From the NCBI GenBank assembly GCA_035648715.1, contig DASRLA010000007.1, positions 6,445-70,444 on the forward strand: 64,000 nt of DNA, read 5' to 3'. The notes beneath the pieces are model-generated. The model saw only the letters and a program-made list of their open reading frames with translations, was not told where the DNA came from and did not search any database. Numbering within the stretch: position 1 is the stretch's first letter; each line of letters begins with the position of its first letter. This document shows positions 28,960-38,687 of this stretch, piece by piece. A program made the position numbers and the translations under genes. Origin of the DNA: Pseudolabrys sp. Its GTDB lineage: Bacteria; Pseudomonadota; Alphaproteobacteria; Rhizobiales; Xanthobacteraceae.

Positions 28960-31908
28960 TCAACGCACCGCGGCAAGACTCATCGCCAGCACGCGCGCGA
29001 CGTGAGTGGCGTCGCGGCCGCTGCCGTCGTGGATCTGGTGACGGCAAGAGGTGCCGTCGGCGACGATCAGCGCGTCCTCCGGCGCGCGGCGCACCGCGGG
29101 CAAAAGCGAGAGTTCGCCCATCTTGAGCGAGACGTCGATGGTGTCGGCCTTGTAGCCGAAGGAGCCGGCCATGCCGCAGCAACTCGACTCGACGGTCTCG
29201 ACATTCAGTTCGGGAATCAAACGCAACACGCTTTCGACGGCGCCCATCGTGTCGAATGCTTTCTGGTGACAATGGCCATGCAGCAAGGCTTTGCGCGGCA
29301 AGGGTGCAAGCGGCAAATGGAGTTCGCCCGCTTTATGTTCGCGCGCGAGGAAGTCCTCCAGCGGCATCGCGTGGGCGGAAAGCTTTTCGGATGCCTCGCC
29401 TTTGATCAGCGCCGGCAGTTCGTCGCGGAAGGTGAACAGGCAACTCGGCTCCAGTCCCACGATCGGAATACCGCGCGCGGCCAAAGGCGCCAGCGCGTCG
29501 AGCGTACGCTGCATCTCGCGCCGCGCCTCGTCGACCTTGCCGACCGAAAGGAAAGTGCGGCCGCAGCAGAGCGGACGCGTCGAGCCATCTTTCGGCAGCG
29601 GCGCGATCACGCGATACCCGCCGGCGACCAGAACGTCCTTGGCGGCGTCGAGATTTTCACGCTCGAAATAGCGGTTGAAGGTGTCGGCGAACAGAACGAC
29701 CTCGCGCGGCGGCTTGTCCGGCTTTGCGGTGCCGTAATTCCAGTCGGAGCGGTCGCGGTAAATATCCTTGCGCCATTTCGGCAGGCTGCGTTTGGCGGAA
29801 AAGCCGGCGATCCGCTCCGATGCATCGCGCAGGACCGAAAGGCGGTCGCGCATGTTGAACAGCGCGGCAAAGCGCACGGCATAAGGCGCGTAGCGCGGCA
29901 GGTAGCCGACCAGTGTGTCATGCAGCGTCAGGCCATGCTTTGTGGCGCGCGCGGCCTGCACTTCGATTTTCATGCGCGCCATGTCGACGCCGGTCGGGCA
30001 TTCGCGTCGGCAAGCCTTACATGAGACGCAAAGTGAAAGCGTCTCAGCCATCTCATCGGAGGTGAGCGCATCCGGCCCGAGTTGGCCGGTAACGGCAAGC
30101 CGCAGCGAATTGGCGCGGCCGCGCGTCACGTCGCGCTCGTCGCGGGTGACACGGTAAGATGGGCACATGGCGCCGCCGGCCATTTTACGGCAGGCGCCGT
30201 TGTTATTGCACATCTCGATAGCGCCCTGAAAACCGCCGCCGGCGCCGGGATAAGCCGACCAGTCGAGTTCTGTCTTCATCTCGACGCCGTGGTAGCCGGG
30301 CTTGAAGCGCAACAGCGAGCGGTCGTCAAACTTGGGCGCGCGCACGATCTTGCCGGGATTGTAGAGACCCTTCGGATCGAAGCGGTCCTTCACTTCTTCG
30401 AAGGCGCGCGCCAGCCGCGAGCCGAACATCGGCTCGTTGAATTCCGAACGCACGATACCGTCGCCATGCTCGCCGGAATGCGAGCCTTTATATTCTCGCA
30501 CCATGGCGAAGGCCTCTTCGGCGATCGCGCGCATGGCATGCACGTCTTTTTCCAGCCGCAGGTTCAGCACCGGCCGCACATGCAAACAGCCGGACCCGGC
30601 ATGCGCATACCAGGTGCCGCGCGTGCCGTTCCTCTCGAATATTTCGGTCAACCGCGTGGTGTAGTCGGCGAGATGCTCGAGCGGCACCGCGCAATCCTCG
30701 ACGAAGGAAACTGGCTTTCCCTCGTCCTTCATCGACATCATAATATTGAGGCCGGAGGTGCGAACCTCGGTGATCGCCGCTTGCAAATCGGGATTGAGCA
30801 CCTCGACCACGCCGCCCCATTTGGCGCCGCTATTGTTCCAATTAAATCCAAGATCGCCGATCAATTCTTTAAGCCGCCGCAACCGGCGCAGATTCTCCTC
30901 GTGGTCGGCTTCGCCGAATTCGACCAGCAGGATCGCTTCCGGCACATCGCGCACGAATTTGTCGAGGGTCGGCTTGAAAATCGGGATCGCGCCGGCGAGT
31001 TCGACCATGGTGCGGTCGATTAGCTCGACCGCGATGGGCTGCAAGCGCACGATATGCTGCGCGCTATTCATTGCCTCGTAGAAGGAGCCGAAATGCACCG
31101 CGCCGACCGCGCGTCGGCCCAGCAATGGCGACAGCTTCAATTCAATGCGGGTCGAGAAACCGAGCGTGCCTTCGCCGCCGACCAGAATGTGCGAGAGATT
31201 GATGTCATTCTTACCCGGCACCAGCGCGTCGAGATTATAGCCGCCGACGCGGCGCTGCACCTTCGGGAAACGCGCGGCGATTTCGCTGGCCTCGCGCGCG
31301 CCGATGTTCAACAGGTCCTGCGCCAGCGGCCGCATCAATGGCGGCACGTCATCGATGTTGCCGCCAATGCGGCCGAAATGCCCCAGGGTGCCGTCGGCGA
31401 GCAGCGCGTCGATCGACAAAACATTATCGCGCATGGTGCCGTAACGCAGCGAACGGCCGCCGCAGGAATTGTTGCCGGCCATGCCGCCAATGGTTGCGCG
31501 CGAGGCGGTCGAAATATCGACCGGAAAGCAGAGGCCGTGCTGTTTGAGCTGCCGGTTGAGATCGTCGAGCACAATGCCGGGCTCGACCGTGCAGCGCGCA
31601 TGCTTGACGTCGAGATCGATCACCCGGGTCAGATATTTCGAGCAGTCGACCACCAGCGAATCATTGACGGTCTGGCCCGACTGCGAGGTGCCGCCGCCGC
31701 GCGCCAGCACGGTCACCCCCTCCGAATGGGCAATTCCTATCGCCCGTTCGGCTTCTTCTATCGTGCGCGGGGCAACCACGCCGACGGGGGTTATTTGATA
31801 ATGCGAGGCGTCGGTTGAATAACGGCCGCGCGTAAATACGTCGAATTGAACGTCCCCGGTCAATTCGGCCTTTAGCCGCCGTTCCAGACCGGGCATCACA
31901 ATCGCCAC
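28960..31908 (-). CDS. FAD-binding and Fe-S-binding oxidoreductase (GlcD/GlcF-type fusion)
   Basis: RGGGTS, GGMAGNN, GEHGDG, NPGKIV, CVSCKACRRECP, HGHCHQ, CCGMAGSFG. Confidence 0.92.
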   Translation of the reverse strand: MAIVMPGLERRLKAELTGDVQFDVFTRGRYSTDASHYQITPVGVVAPRTIEEAERAIGIAHSEGVTVLARGGGTSQSGQTVNDSLVVDCSKYLTRVIDLDVKHARCTVEPGIVLDDLNRQLKQHGLCFPVDISTASRATIGGMAGNNSCGGRSLRYGTMRDNVLSIDALLADGTLGHFGRIGGNIDDVPPLMRPLAQDLLNIGAREASEIAARFPKVQRRVGGYNLDALVPGKNDINLSHILVGGEGTLGFSTRIELKLSPLLGRRAVGAVHFGSFYEAMNSAQHIVRLQPIAVELIDRTMVELAGAIPIFKPTLDKFVRDVPEAILLVEFGEADHEENLRRLRRLKELIGDLGFNWNNSGAKWGGVVEVLNPDLQAAITEVRTSGLNIMMSMKDEGKPVSFVEDCAVPLEHLADYTTRLTEIFERNGTRGTWYAHAGSGCLHVRPVLNLRLEKDVHAMRAIAEEAFAMVREYKGSHSGEHGDGIVRSEFNEPMFGSRLARAFEEVKDRFDPKGLYNPGKIVRAPKFDDRSLLRFKPGYHGVEMKTELDWSAYPGAGGGFQGAIEMCNNNGACRKMAGGAMCPSYRVTRDERDVTRGRANSLRLAVTGQLGPDALTSDEMAETLSLCVSCKACRRECPTGVDMARMKIEVQAARATKHGLTLHDTLVGYLPRYAPYAVRFAALFNMRDRLSVLRDASERIAGFSAKRSLPKWRKDIYRDRSDWNYGTAKPDKPPREVVLFADTFNRYFERENLDAAKDVLVAGGYRVIAPLPKDGSTRPLCCGRTFLSVGKVDEARREMQRTLDALAPLAARGIPIVGLEPSCLFTFRDELPALIKGEASEKLSAHAMPLEDFLAREHKAGELHLPLAPLPRKALLHGHCHQKAFDTMGAVESVLRLIPELNVETVESSCCGMAGSFGYKADTIDVSLKMGELSLLPAVRRAPEDALIVADGTSCRHQIHDGSGRDATHVARVLAMSLAAVR

Positions 31909-32100
31909 GCCGTTAATCCTTGCCGTGCGCCCCTAAGGGTCTATGCGTATGGGCTGGTTTGATGTGCGGAAAACCGCTTGACCGCAATGTTGCATTCATA
32001 GTTCAACGCCACAAGCGCCGCCCCTTTCAAGCCGGGACGGACCGGGCGGCAAGCCCGTGAAATACCCTCAAAAACTGCCGTCGCAGGAGCGGACTATAAA

Positions 32101-33309
32101 ATGGCTCAGAATTCCACGCGTTTGGCCGGTCGCCACTTTTTGCACATTCCGGGCCCGACTCCGGTGCCCGACCGTATCTTGCGGGCGATGGACACCCCCA
32201 TCATCGACCACCGTGGACCGGAATTTTCCAAGCTGGCGAAAAAATGCCTCGAAGGCATCAAGACCATTTTCAAGACCACCAACCCGGTGATCATCTATAC
32301 TGCGACCGGCACCGGCGCCTGGGAAGGCGCGCTGGTCAACACGCTGTCGCCCGGCGACAAGGTGCTGATGGTCGAGACCGGCCAGTTCGCCACGCTGTGG
32401 AAGAAAATGGCGGAGAAGCTCGGCCTGAAAACCGAGTTCATCACCACCGACTGGCGCACCGGCGCCGACCCCAAGGCGGTCGAAGCGCGCCTGCGCGAAG
32501 ACAAGGCGCACGAGATCAAGGCGATTTGCGTACTTCATAACGAAACCTCGACCGCCTGCCTGTCGCCGATCTCCGAAATCCGCAAGGCCATCGACGCCGC
32601 CGGCCATCCGGCCTTGTTGTTCGTGGACACGATCTCGTCGCTCGCCTCGACCGACTACCGGCACGACGAATGGGGCGTCGACGTCACCGTCGGCGGCGCA
32701 CAAAAGGGCTTGATGCTGCCGCCCGGCATGTCGTTCAACGCCATCAGCGACAAGGCCATCGCAGCGAGCAAGAAGTCGAAGATGCCAAAGTCGTTCTGGG
32801 ATTGGGACGACATGTTGAACATGAACAAAGTCGGCTTCTTCCCCTACACGCCGGCCACACAAATGGTGCAGGGCTTGAGCGTCGCCATCGACATGCTGCA
32901 CGAGGAAGGCCTCGACAACGTGTTCGCGCGCCATGACCGGCTGGCGGAAGCGACCCGCACCGCGGTCAAGCACTGGGGCCTCGACATGGTCTGCCGCGAT
33001 CCGAAATATTATTCGCCGACGCTGACCACGGTGATCCTGCCGGACGGCTTCAGCGCCGACGCGTTCCGCGCCATGGCGCTGGAGACTTTCAATATCTCCT
33101 ACGGTTCCAGCTTCGGCCCATTTGCCGGCAAGTATTTCCGCATCGGCCACCTCGGCGACATCAACGACGCCATGATGATGGGCTGTCTCGGCGTGACCGA
33201 GATGGCGCTTGAATTGTTCGGCGTGCCGATCAAGAAGGGCGGCGTGCGGGCGGCGATGGATTCGCTGGTCGCCGCGCATGGCGGCAGTAAGAAGCAGGCG
33301 GCGGAGTAA
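32101..33309 (+). CDS. class V aminotransferase (serine/alanine-glyoxylate aminotransferase-like)
   Basis: IPGPT, HNETST, VDTISS, GAQKGL, PYTP, FRIGHLG. Confidence 0.92.
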   Translation: MAQNSTRLAGRHFLHIPGPTPVPDRILRAMDTPIIDHRGPEFSKLAKKCLEGIKTIFKTTNPVIIYTATGTGAWEGALVNTLSPGDKVLMVETGQFATLWKKMAEKLGLKTEFITTDWRTGADPKAVEARLREDKAHEIKAICVLHNETSTACLSPISEIRKAIDAAGHPALLFVDTISSLASTDYRHDEWGVDVTVGGAQKGLMLPPGMSFNAISDKAIAASKKSKMPKSFWDWDDMLNMNKVGFFPYTPATQMVQGLSVAIDMLHEEGLDNVFARHDRLAEATRTAVKHWGLDMVCRDPKYYSPTLTTVILPDGFSADAFRAMALETFNISYGSSFGPFAGKYFRIGHLGDINDAMMMGCLGVTEMALELFGVPIKKGGVRAAMDSLVAAHGGSKKQAAE

Positions 33310-33333
33310 TATTCTTCGCTTCCGACTGAATTG

Positions 33334-33365
33334 AAATGGCCGGGCCGAAAGCCCGGCCATTTTTT
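33334..33365 (+). terminator. intrinsic (possibly bidirectional) terminator
   Basis: AAATGGCCGGGC-CGAAA-GCCCGGCCATTTTTT between convergent genes. Confidence 0.8.
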
Positions 33366-34152
33366 ATGCACGAAGGACGCGCGCGACGAAATCCGAAGCC
33401 GCTTCGATCGTGGCCTCCGGCGCTTCGCGCTGTAGGGAATGCTTGGCGCCCGGCAACAGGGCCACCTCGACCGGGCAATAGCATTCCCGTTCCGCGATCT
33501 CGATCTGCTTGACCGTGCCATACTGATCGTCCGCGCCCTGCACGATCAGGACCGGCACGCGGATGTAGGCGAGTTGCTCGGTGATATCCCATTGCCGGAA
33601 TTGCGGATCGAGCCAAGCGTCGTTCCAGCCACGGAAGGTGTTGTCGGGATCCTTGTGCCAGCGCGCGAGTTTCGGCTTCAGGTCGGTGGTCTCGTAGGCT
33701 TTCTTCGCCTCAGCGATGGCCGCGAGGCCCATATCCTCGGTGAAGAAATGCGGCGCCATCAATATAAGCCCGCCGACGCGGTGATCCTGATGCGTACCGG
33801 CATAAATCGCCGCGATCGATGCGCCGTCGCTGTGGCCGAACAGAAGGCCGCGCTGCAAACCAATGTCATCGAGCAGCTTCGGCAGCACGTCGCGCGCCTC
33901 GTCATGCATGTAGGTAAGCGGGCGCGGCAGTTTAACCGGCGATGACTGGCCGTAACCGGCGCGCGAATAGACGAACACGCCGCAGCCGGTGGCCTTTTGC
34001 AACTTGTCCGGAAAGTCTCCCCACAGTCCGACGCAGCCGAGCCCTTCGTGCAGCATGACGATGGTCGGCGCGTCGGCCGGGCGCGGACCGATCATGCGGT
34101 ATTCGAGATGGTGCGGACCGATGGTGAGAAAGCCGGAGTCGTTTAATTGCAT
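33364..34152 (-). CDS. alpha/beta hydrolase
   Basis: LHEGLG, GHSDGAS nucleophile elbow, QGADDQYG, catalytic His. Confidence 0.9.
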   Translation of the reverse strand: MQLNDSGFLTIGPHHLEYRMIGPRPADAPTIVMLHEGLGCVGLWGDFPDKLQKATGCGVFVYSRAGYGQSSPVKLPRPLTYMHDEARDVLPKLLDDIGLQRGLLFGHSDGASIAAIYAGTHQDHRVGGLILMAPHFFTEDMGLAAIAEAKKAYETTDLKPKLARWHKDPDNTFRGWNDAWLDPQFRQWDITEQLAYIRVPVLIVQGADDQYGTVKQIEIAERECYCPVEVALLPGAKHSLQREAPEATIEAASDFVARVLRA

Positions 34153-34176
34153 GCCACAACCGCTAATCCCAATCGG

Positions 34177-34268
34177 CCTCATGGTGAGGAGCGCTGCAAA
34201 GCAGCGCGTCTCGAACCATGCGGCCGCCCAACCTTCGAGACGGCGCTTCGCGCCTCCTCAGGATGAGG
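34177..34268. repeat. CCTCAT..TGAGG palindromic repeat
   Basis: CCTCATGGTGAGGAGCGC...GTCTCGAA...TTCGAGAC...CTCCTCAGGATGAGG; contains the ligase stop codon. Confidence 0.8.
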
Positions 34269-35889
34269 CGGAGCCTTCAGCCCGCAACTTGAAGCGCTGA
34301 ATCTTGCCCGTCGCCGTTTTCGGCAATTCGGCGCGAAATTCGATCCAGCGCGGATATTTGAACGGCGCGAGTTTCGCCTTGACGTGCGCCTGCAAGGCTT
34401 CCGCCAGCGCGGGGCTTGCCTTGTCCGGCGATTTCAAAACGACAAAAGCGCGCGGCTTGATCAGCTTCTGCTCGTCGTTCCAGCCGACCACCGCCGCCTC
34501 CAGCACGTCCGGATGCGAGGACAGCGCGGCTTCGACCTCGAACGGCGACACATACATGCCGGAGACTTTGAGCATGTCGTCGGCGCGGCCGCAGCAGACG
34601 AAATAGCCGTCCTCGTCCTCGATGTATTTGTCGCCGCATTTGGTCCATTCGCCGCGAAATGTGTCGCGCGATTTTTCGCGATTATTCCAATACATGATGG
34701 CGCTGGTCGGCCCGCGTACATACAACTCGCCCATCTCGCCCGGCTTTGCCGTCGAGCCGTCTTCGGTTATCAACTTTATCTCGTAACCGGACACTCCTTT
34801 GCCGGTGGTGCCGTATTTATTTTCGCCCGGCCAGTTGGTGAGAAAGATGTGCAGCATCTCGGTGGTGCCAAGCCCGTCGGAGATTTCGACGCCGTAACGG
34901 CTGAAAAAATTCTTCGCCACCTCTTCCGGCAAAGCCTCGCCCGCCGATTGGCAACGCCGCAGTTTCAATTCGGACTTCTGCGGCGCGTTCGGACTATTGA
35001 GAAACGCGGCGAAAAAAGTCGGTACGCCGAAGAAGACGGTGATCGGGTGTTGGCGCAGCAGGGCGGCGACGCCGTCCGGCGTCGGCCGCTCGCCGTTCAA
35101 CACCGTCGTTGCTCCCACGCTCAGCGGAAAGGTCATGGCGTTGCCGAGACCGTAGGCGAAAAATAATTTCGCCACCGAGTGGACGACGTCGCTTTCCGTC
35201 AGGCCCACCACCGGCGTGCCGTAGAGATCGGCGGTCAGTTTCAAACTAGCGTGAACGTGCACCGCGCCTTTCGGCTTGCCGGTCGAACCCGAAGTGTAAA
35301 GCCAGAACGCCATGTCATCGGCGACCGTCGGCGCGGTGACATCGTCCGGCTCATCGGCGCCGATGACATCTTCGAACAGTCGGTAGCCTTTTGCGTCAAG
35401 TTTTTGTGGGTTGTCGCCCGAGACGATGACGTGTTCGAGGTCCGGACTTTCGCCGATCAGCTTTTCGAACTTGGGAAACAGCACTTCCGACACCACCAGA
35501 CACTTGGCGCGGCTGTCGGCCAGCATGAAGCGGTAGTCGTCCTCGGTCAGCAGCGTGTTGACCGGCACGGCGATGATGCCGGCCTTGAGGCAGCCGAGAA
35601 AGGCGGTCGGCCAGTCGACGGTGTCGGTCAGCGCCATCAGCACGCGCTCCTCACGGCGCACGCCGAGGCCGCGCAGCGCCGCGGCAAAACGCGAGACGCG
35701 GTCGGCCAGTTGGCCATAGGTTGTCACCCCGCGCGCATCGATATAAGCGGGCTTGTTGGCGCGGCCGGCGTCGAGATTGCGGCGCAGCACATCGGCGGCG
35801 AAATTATAATTGCGTGGCACCGCTTGTGGGGTTTGGCCCACTTCGGCGGACGCGCCGGTTTCCGCCGTTGGTGCGTCGGCGACTGTCAT
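34258..35889 (-). CDS. benzoate-CoA ligase family protein
   Basis: YTSGSTGKPKG, AKLFFAYGLGN, SAGEALP, GTTEMLHIF, PKTATGKIQRF; start MTVADAP after GGGAGG. Confidence 0.92.
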   Translation of the reverse strand: MTVADAPTAETGASAEVGQTPQAVPRNYNFAADVLRRNLDAGRANKPAYIDARGVTTYGQLADRVSRFAAALRGLGVRREERVLMALTDTVDWPTAFLGCLKAGIIAVPVNTLLTEDDYRFMLADSRAKCLVVSEVLFPKFEKLIGESPDLEHVIVSGDNPQKLDAKGYRLFEDVIGADEPDDVTAPTVADDMAFWLYTSGSTGKPKGAVHVHASLKLTADLYGTPVVGLTESDVVHSVAKLFFAYGLGNAMTFPLSVGATTVLNGERPTPDGVAALLRQHPITVFFGVPTFFAAFLNSPNAPQKSELKLRRCQSAGEALPEEVAKNFFSRYGVEISDGLGTTEMLHIFLTNWPGENKYGTTGKGVSGYEIKLITEDGSTAKPGEMGELYVRGPTSAIMYWNNREKSRDTFRGEWTKCGDKYIEDEDGYFVCCGRADDMLKVSGMYVSPFEVEAALSSHPDVLEAAVVGWNDEQKLIKPRAFVVLKSPDKASPALAEALQAHVKAKLAPFKYPRWIEFRAELPKTATGKIQRFKLRAEGSASS

Positions 35890-36012
35890 TTTGTTTTCCT
35901 CCCGGGACTTTTCCGTATTATGCCTAGGTGGAACGAGGCTGCCTAGCGCAGCATATTTCCGCGCAACGCGGCCGAAAGCCCGCGCCGCGACAAAAAGAGA
36001 CGGGAGTTTTCG

Positions 36013-37176
36013 ATGATTTTCAGCCGGGGCCGCATTCTGACTAGCCATGTCGGCTCGTTGCCGCGCAACGAGAAGCTGTCGGACCTGCTGGTTCGCCAGG
36101 AAGCCGGCGAAAAATTCGACCCGGCCGAAATGACGAGCGAAATGGACAAAGCCGTCGCGCATGTGGTCGAGAAGCAGGCCGCGGCCGGCATCGACATCGG
36201 CAATGACGGTGAGCAGCAGCGCGTCGGCTTCCAGACTTACGTGCCGCAACGCATGTCCGGCTTCGGCGGCGTCTCGAAGCGGCGGCGCGGCCGCGAATTC
36301 GAGGAATTCCCCGAACTGGTGGCGAGCCTGACGCGGCGCTTTCCGAGCGTCAGCCGGCAGCAGAACGCGCCGGAATGTCAGAGCGAACTGAAATATCTCG
36401 ACATCAAGCCGCTGGAAAGCGAGATCGCGCGCTTCAAGAAAATCTCTGCCGGCAAGTTCTCCGAACAATTCATGACCGTGCCTTCGCCCGGCATCATTTC
36501 GAGCACCATGCTCGACGCTTTTTACGGCTCGCAGGACAAGTACCTCACCGCGCTGTCGCGCGAGATGAAGAACGAATGCCAGGCGATCCATAAAGCAGGG
36601 CTGCTGTTGCAGATCGACGCGCCCGACCTCGCCATGGACCGCACCATGATGTACCGCGATCTCGACGACGTCGGCTTCGTCAAGGCGGTGGAGCGGCACA
36701 TCCAGGCGATCAATGAAATGATCGAAGGCATCCCGGTCGACCGCGTGCGCCTGCACGTTTGCTACGGCAACTGGGAAGGTCCGCATATTCATGACGTGCC
36801 GCTGGCGACGATTTTGCCGGCGCTTTATCAGGCCAAGGTCGGCGCGCTCTCGATCGAGTTCTCGAACCCGCGCCACGCGCATGAATACGCCGCTTTCAAG
36901 AAGCATCCGCTGCCGAAAGACATGATCTTGGTTCCGGGCGTGATCGAAACTACGAGCAATTTCGTCGAGCATCCCGAGGTCGTCGCGCGCCGCATCGAGG
37001 ACGCGGTGGCGGCGGTGGGCGAGCGCGAGCGCGTCATCGCCTCGACCGATTGCGGCTTCGGCACCTTCACGAACCGCGAGTGGGTGATCGAGCCGGCGGT
37101 GTGGCTGAAGCTCAAGTCGCTGCGCCAAGGCGCGGATATCGCGTCGACGCGGCTGTGGGGCAAGAAGGTGGCGTAA
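36013..37176 (+). CDS. cobalamin-independent methionine synthase II family protein (second MetE-core paralog)
   Basis: HVGSLPR, NDGEQ, QIDAPDLA, HVCYGN, TDCGFGTF. Confidence 0.85.
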   Translation: MIFSRGRILTSHVGSLPRNEKLSDLLVRQEAGEKFDPAEMTSEMDKAVAHVVEKQAAAGIDIGNDGEQQRVGFQTYVPQRMSGFGGVSKRRRGREFEEFPELVASLTRRFPSVSRQQNAPECQSELKYLDIKPLESEIARFKKISAGKFSEQFMTVPSPGIISSTMLDAFYGSQDKYLTALSREMKNECQAIHKAGLLLQIDAPDLAMDRTMMYRDLDDVGFVKAVERHIQAINEMIEGIPVDRVRLHVCYGNWEGPHIHDVPLATILPALYQAKVGALSIEFSNPRHAHEYAAFKKHPLPKDMILVPGVIETTSNFVEHPEVVARRIEDAVAAVGERERVIASTDCGFGTFTNREWVIEPAVWLKLKSLRQGADIASTRLWGKKVA

Positions 37177-37289
37177 GCCAGCTTGCGCGAGTTGCTCTTT
37201 ATCGGGCGCGCGGCGAACACAAGGTTCGTTTCCGCGCAAGCGGGGGTGAGAGTGCTGGTTCATTTCAACACTCCTTGTTTGTTTGGCGC

Positions 37290-37797
37290 GCGATTCATCG
37301 CCCCTGTTTTTTGCACCCGCCTCCGCCTTTCGGCTTCGGCGTGGCTCGGCGTGGGGGCGCCGTCGTCCGGTCTTCGCGCTTCCTCAAACTGAGGGAAGCG
37401 GAGCGCCGAGATAACGCGGAGGCTTGCGAGGCCTCCTGAGCGGCTGGCGTGAGCCGCCCGAGACGCTTTGCGAGGCGTCTCCCCTCCGCTTGCGATCGCG
37501 GAGAGGCGCCTCTCGGCGCTCCACTGGCGGCTCGCGCCCCCGGCTTTCGCCGAAAGACACAGGCCCCGGGTCCGCGCTTCCTGGGACGAGGCCGTTCAAG
37601 GCCAGTCCCAGTCCAGCGAGCTCCTCGCGGAGGGGTCGTAATGCCCCGCGCAGACAAGTTTACGCAGTCTGCGCAAGCTTGACTGCTATGCGGCTCCCGG
37701 GCCTCCCGAGTGCGGGGGTACGAACCCCGCCCGCGGGCGCCGCACCCGATCCCATCTTCCAAGCGTCCCTAGAAGACGCCCTCAGCCGGACCAGGCG
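37290..37797 (-). ncRNA. candidate large structured non-coding RNA or non-autonomous element (~500 nt)
   Basis: No credible ORF; more than 10 hairpins including a multi-branch junction closed by GGAGCGCCGAGA/TCTCGGCGCTCC; lies directly behind a consensus-like promoter. Boundaries approximate. Confidence 0.5.
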
Positions 37798-37802
37798 GTG
37801 TG

Positions 37803-37833
37803 TATATAAGACTAAGATAGGATAATTGTCAAG
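37803..37833 (-). promoter_or_regulatory. sigma70-type promoter pointing into the 37.3-37.8 kb structured region
   Basis: Minus strand CTTGACAATTATCCTATCTTAGTCTTATATA, close to the rhizobial CTTGAC-N17/18-CTATAT consensus. Confidence 0.65.
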
Positions 37834-37841
37834 AGGCGTTT

Positions 37842-38111
37842 TCAGCGATAATGATACCGGCACTGCGCGATTTCGAGCCGCTTTGCGTCGCCTTTGCCGG
37901 AGACGCGATAGACCAGCCGATGCTCGACGGTGATGCGGCGCGACCACCAGCCCTTGAGGCCGAATTTCAGCGGCTCCGGCTTGCCGAGTCCCTTGAATGG
38001 CAACAGCCGGGTGTCGGCGATCAAATCATTGATGGCGCGGAAAACTTTTTCGTCGGCGTCGCGCCAGTATTGATAATCGGCCCAGGCCTGGCTGGTCCAG
38101 ACCAGCTTCAT
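37842..38111 (-). CDS. yoeB: Txe/YoeB family toxin
   Basis: AWADYQYW, PFKGLGKPEPLK, WSRRITVEHRLVY, CRYHY. Confidence 0.95.
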   Translation of the reverse strand: MKLVWTSQAWADYQYWRDADEKVFRAINDLIADTRLLPFKGLGKPEPLKFGLKGWWSRRITVEHRLVYRVSGKGDAKRLEIAQCRYHYR

Positions 38112-38377
38112 TTCGCGCGGGCGGCCGGGTCCATGAGGTCATGTTCGACCAGAAGCCCTTTGTCCGCCTCCTCGATCGACGCCAGCAGGCGCGCGGCATT
38201 GGCCGGGCTGCGCAGCAGGTGCAGCGTCTCCATGATGCCGTCGTACTCATCCTCGGACATCATCACTACCGAGCGCGCGTTCTGCCGGGTGACATGCAAC
38301 GCGGTGCGGCTGTCGCAAACTTCGTCCATGAATTTGGCGAGGTTGGCGCGGAGTTCGGTGTAGGAGACGTTGGCCAT
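38108..38377 (-). CDS. yefM: Phd/YefM family antitoxin
   Basis: SYTELRANLAKFMDEV, ETLHLLRSPANAARL; ATGA overlap with the toxin. Confidence 0.95.
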   Translation of the reverse strand: MANVSYTELRANLAKFMDEVCDSRTALHVTRQNARSVVMMSEDEYDGIMETLHLLRSPANAARLLASIEEADKGLLVEHDLMDPAARAK

Positions 38378-38398
38378 TGCTGTGCCTTTGGCGGGTTT

Positions 38399-38439
38399 GA
38401 TATGTACATTAATATGTACATATGCAAACCCCTGTCAAG
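38399..38439 (-). promoter_or_regulatory. yefM-yoeB promoter/operator
   Basis: CTTGACA -35 at 38433-38439 on the minus strand; two TGTACA palindromes at 38403-38408 and 38415-38420, 12 bp apart. Confidence 0.8.
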
Positions 38440-38687
38440 GGTGACTGCTCGTTGGCGTGAACGGTCAGAGCCGGTGAATTCATAAGATACGGAATTATCC
38501 CTTTGACATAGGTAGGGGCCGTATCTAAGATGAAAAATGACAGGGCAGCGAAGGCACCGCGTAGGGGCAAAAGGAGCCGCGCGGAGTCCGATTTGAGCTA
38601 CACGTTTGCTTCCTTGCCGATAGGAAGCGGTGAGCATTTTGTTGTAATTTCCCCGACGAAACTTATCAGGGTCAAAAAGCCCCGCCG

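Noticed and set aside
34258-37263. 1001-aa ORF (benzoate-CoA ligase with a 458-aa N-terminal extension; AAGGAG RBS before the ATG at 37263)
   Set aside because: The extension is mostly the antisense frame of the well-formed MetE-like gene (36013-37176), and the ligase has its own RBS and start at 35889. The RBS-ATG at 37263 may be a remnant of a gene once following the structured region, but this cannot be supported from the sequence.
37712-37730. tRNA gene suggested by a GGTTCG T-loop-like hairpin on the minus strand
   Set aside because: No cloverleaf, anticodon arm or CCA end can be built; treated as part of the larger structured region.
37295-37947. Overlapping short ORFs in the structured region
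   Set aside because: Low-complexity Arg/Pro/Gly translations in several frames with no family motifs; better explained as non-coding.
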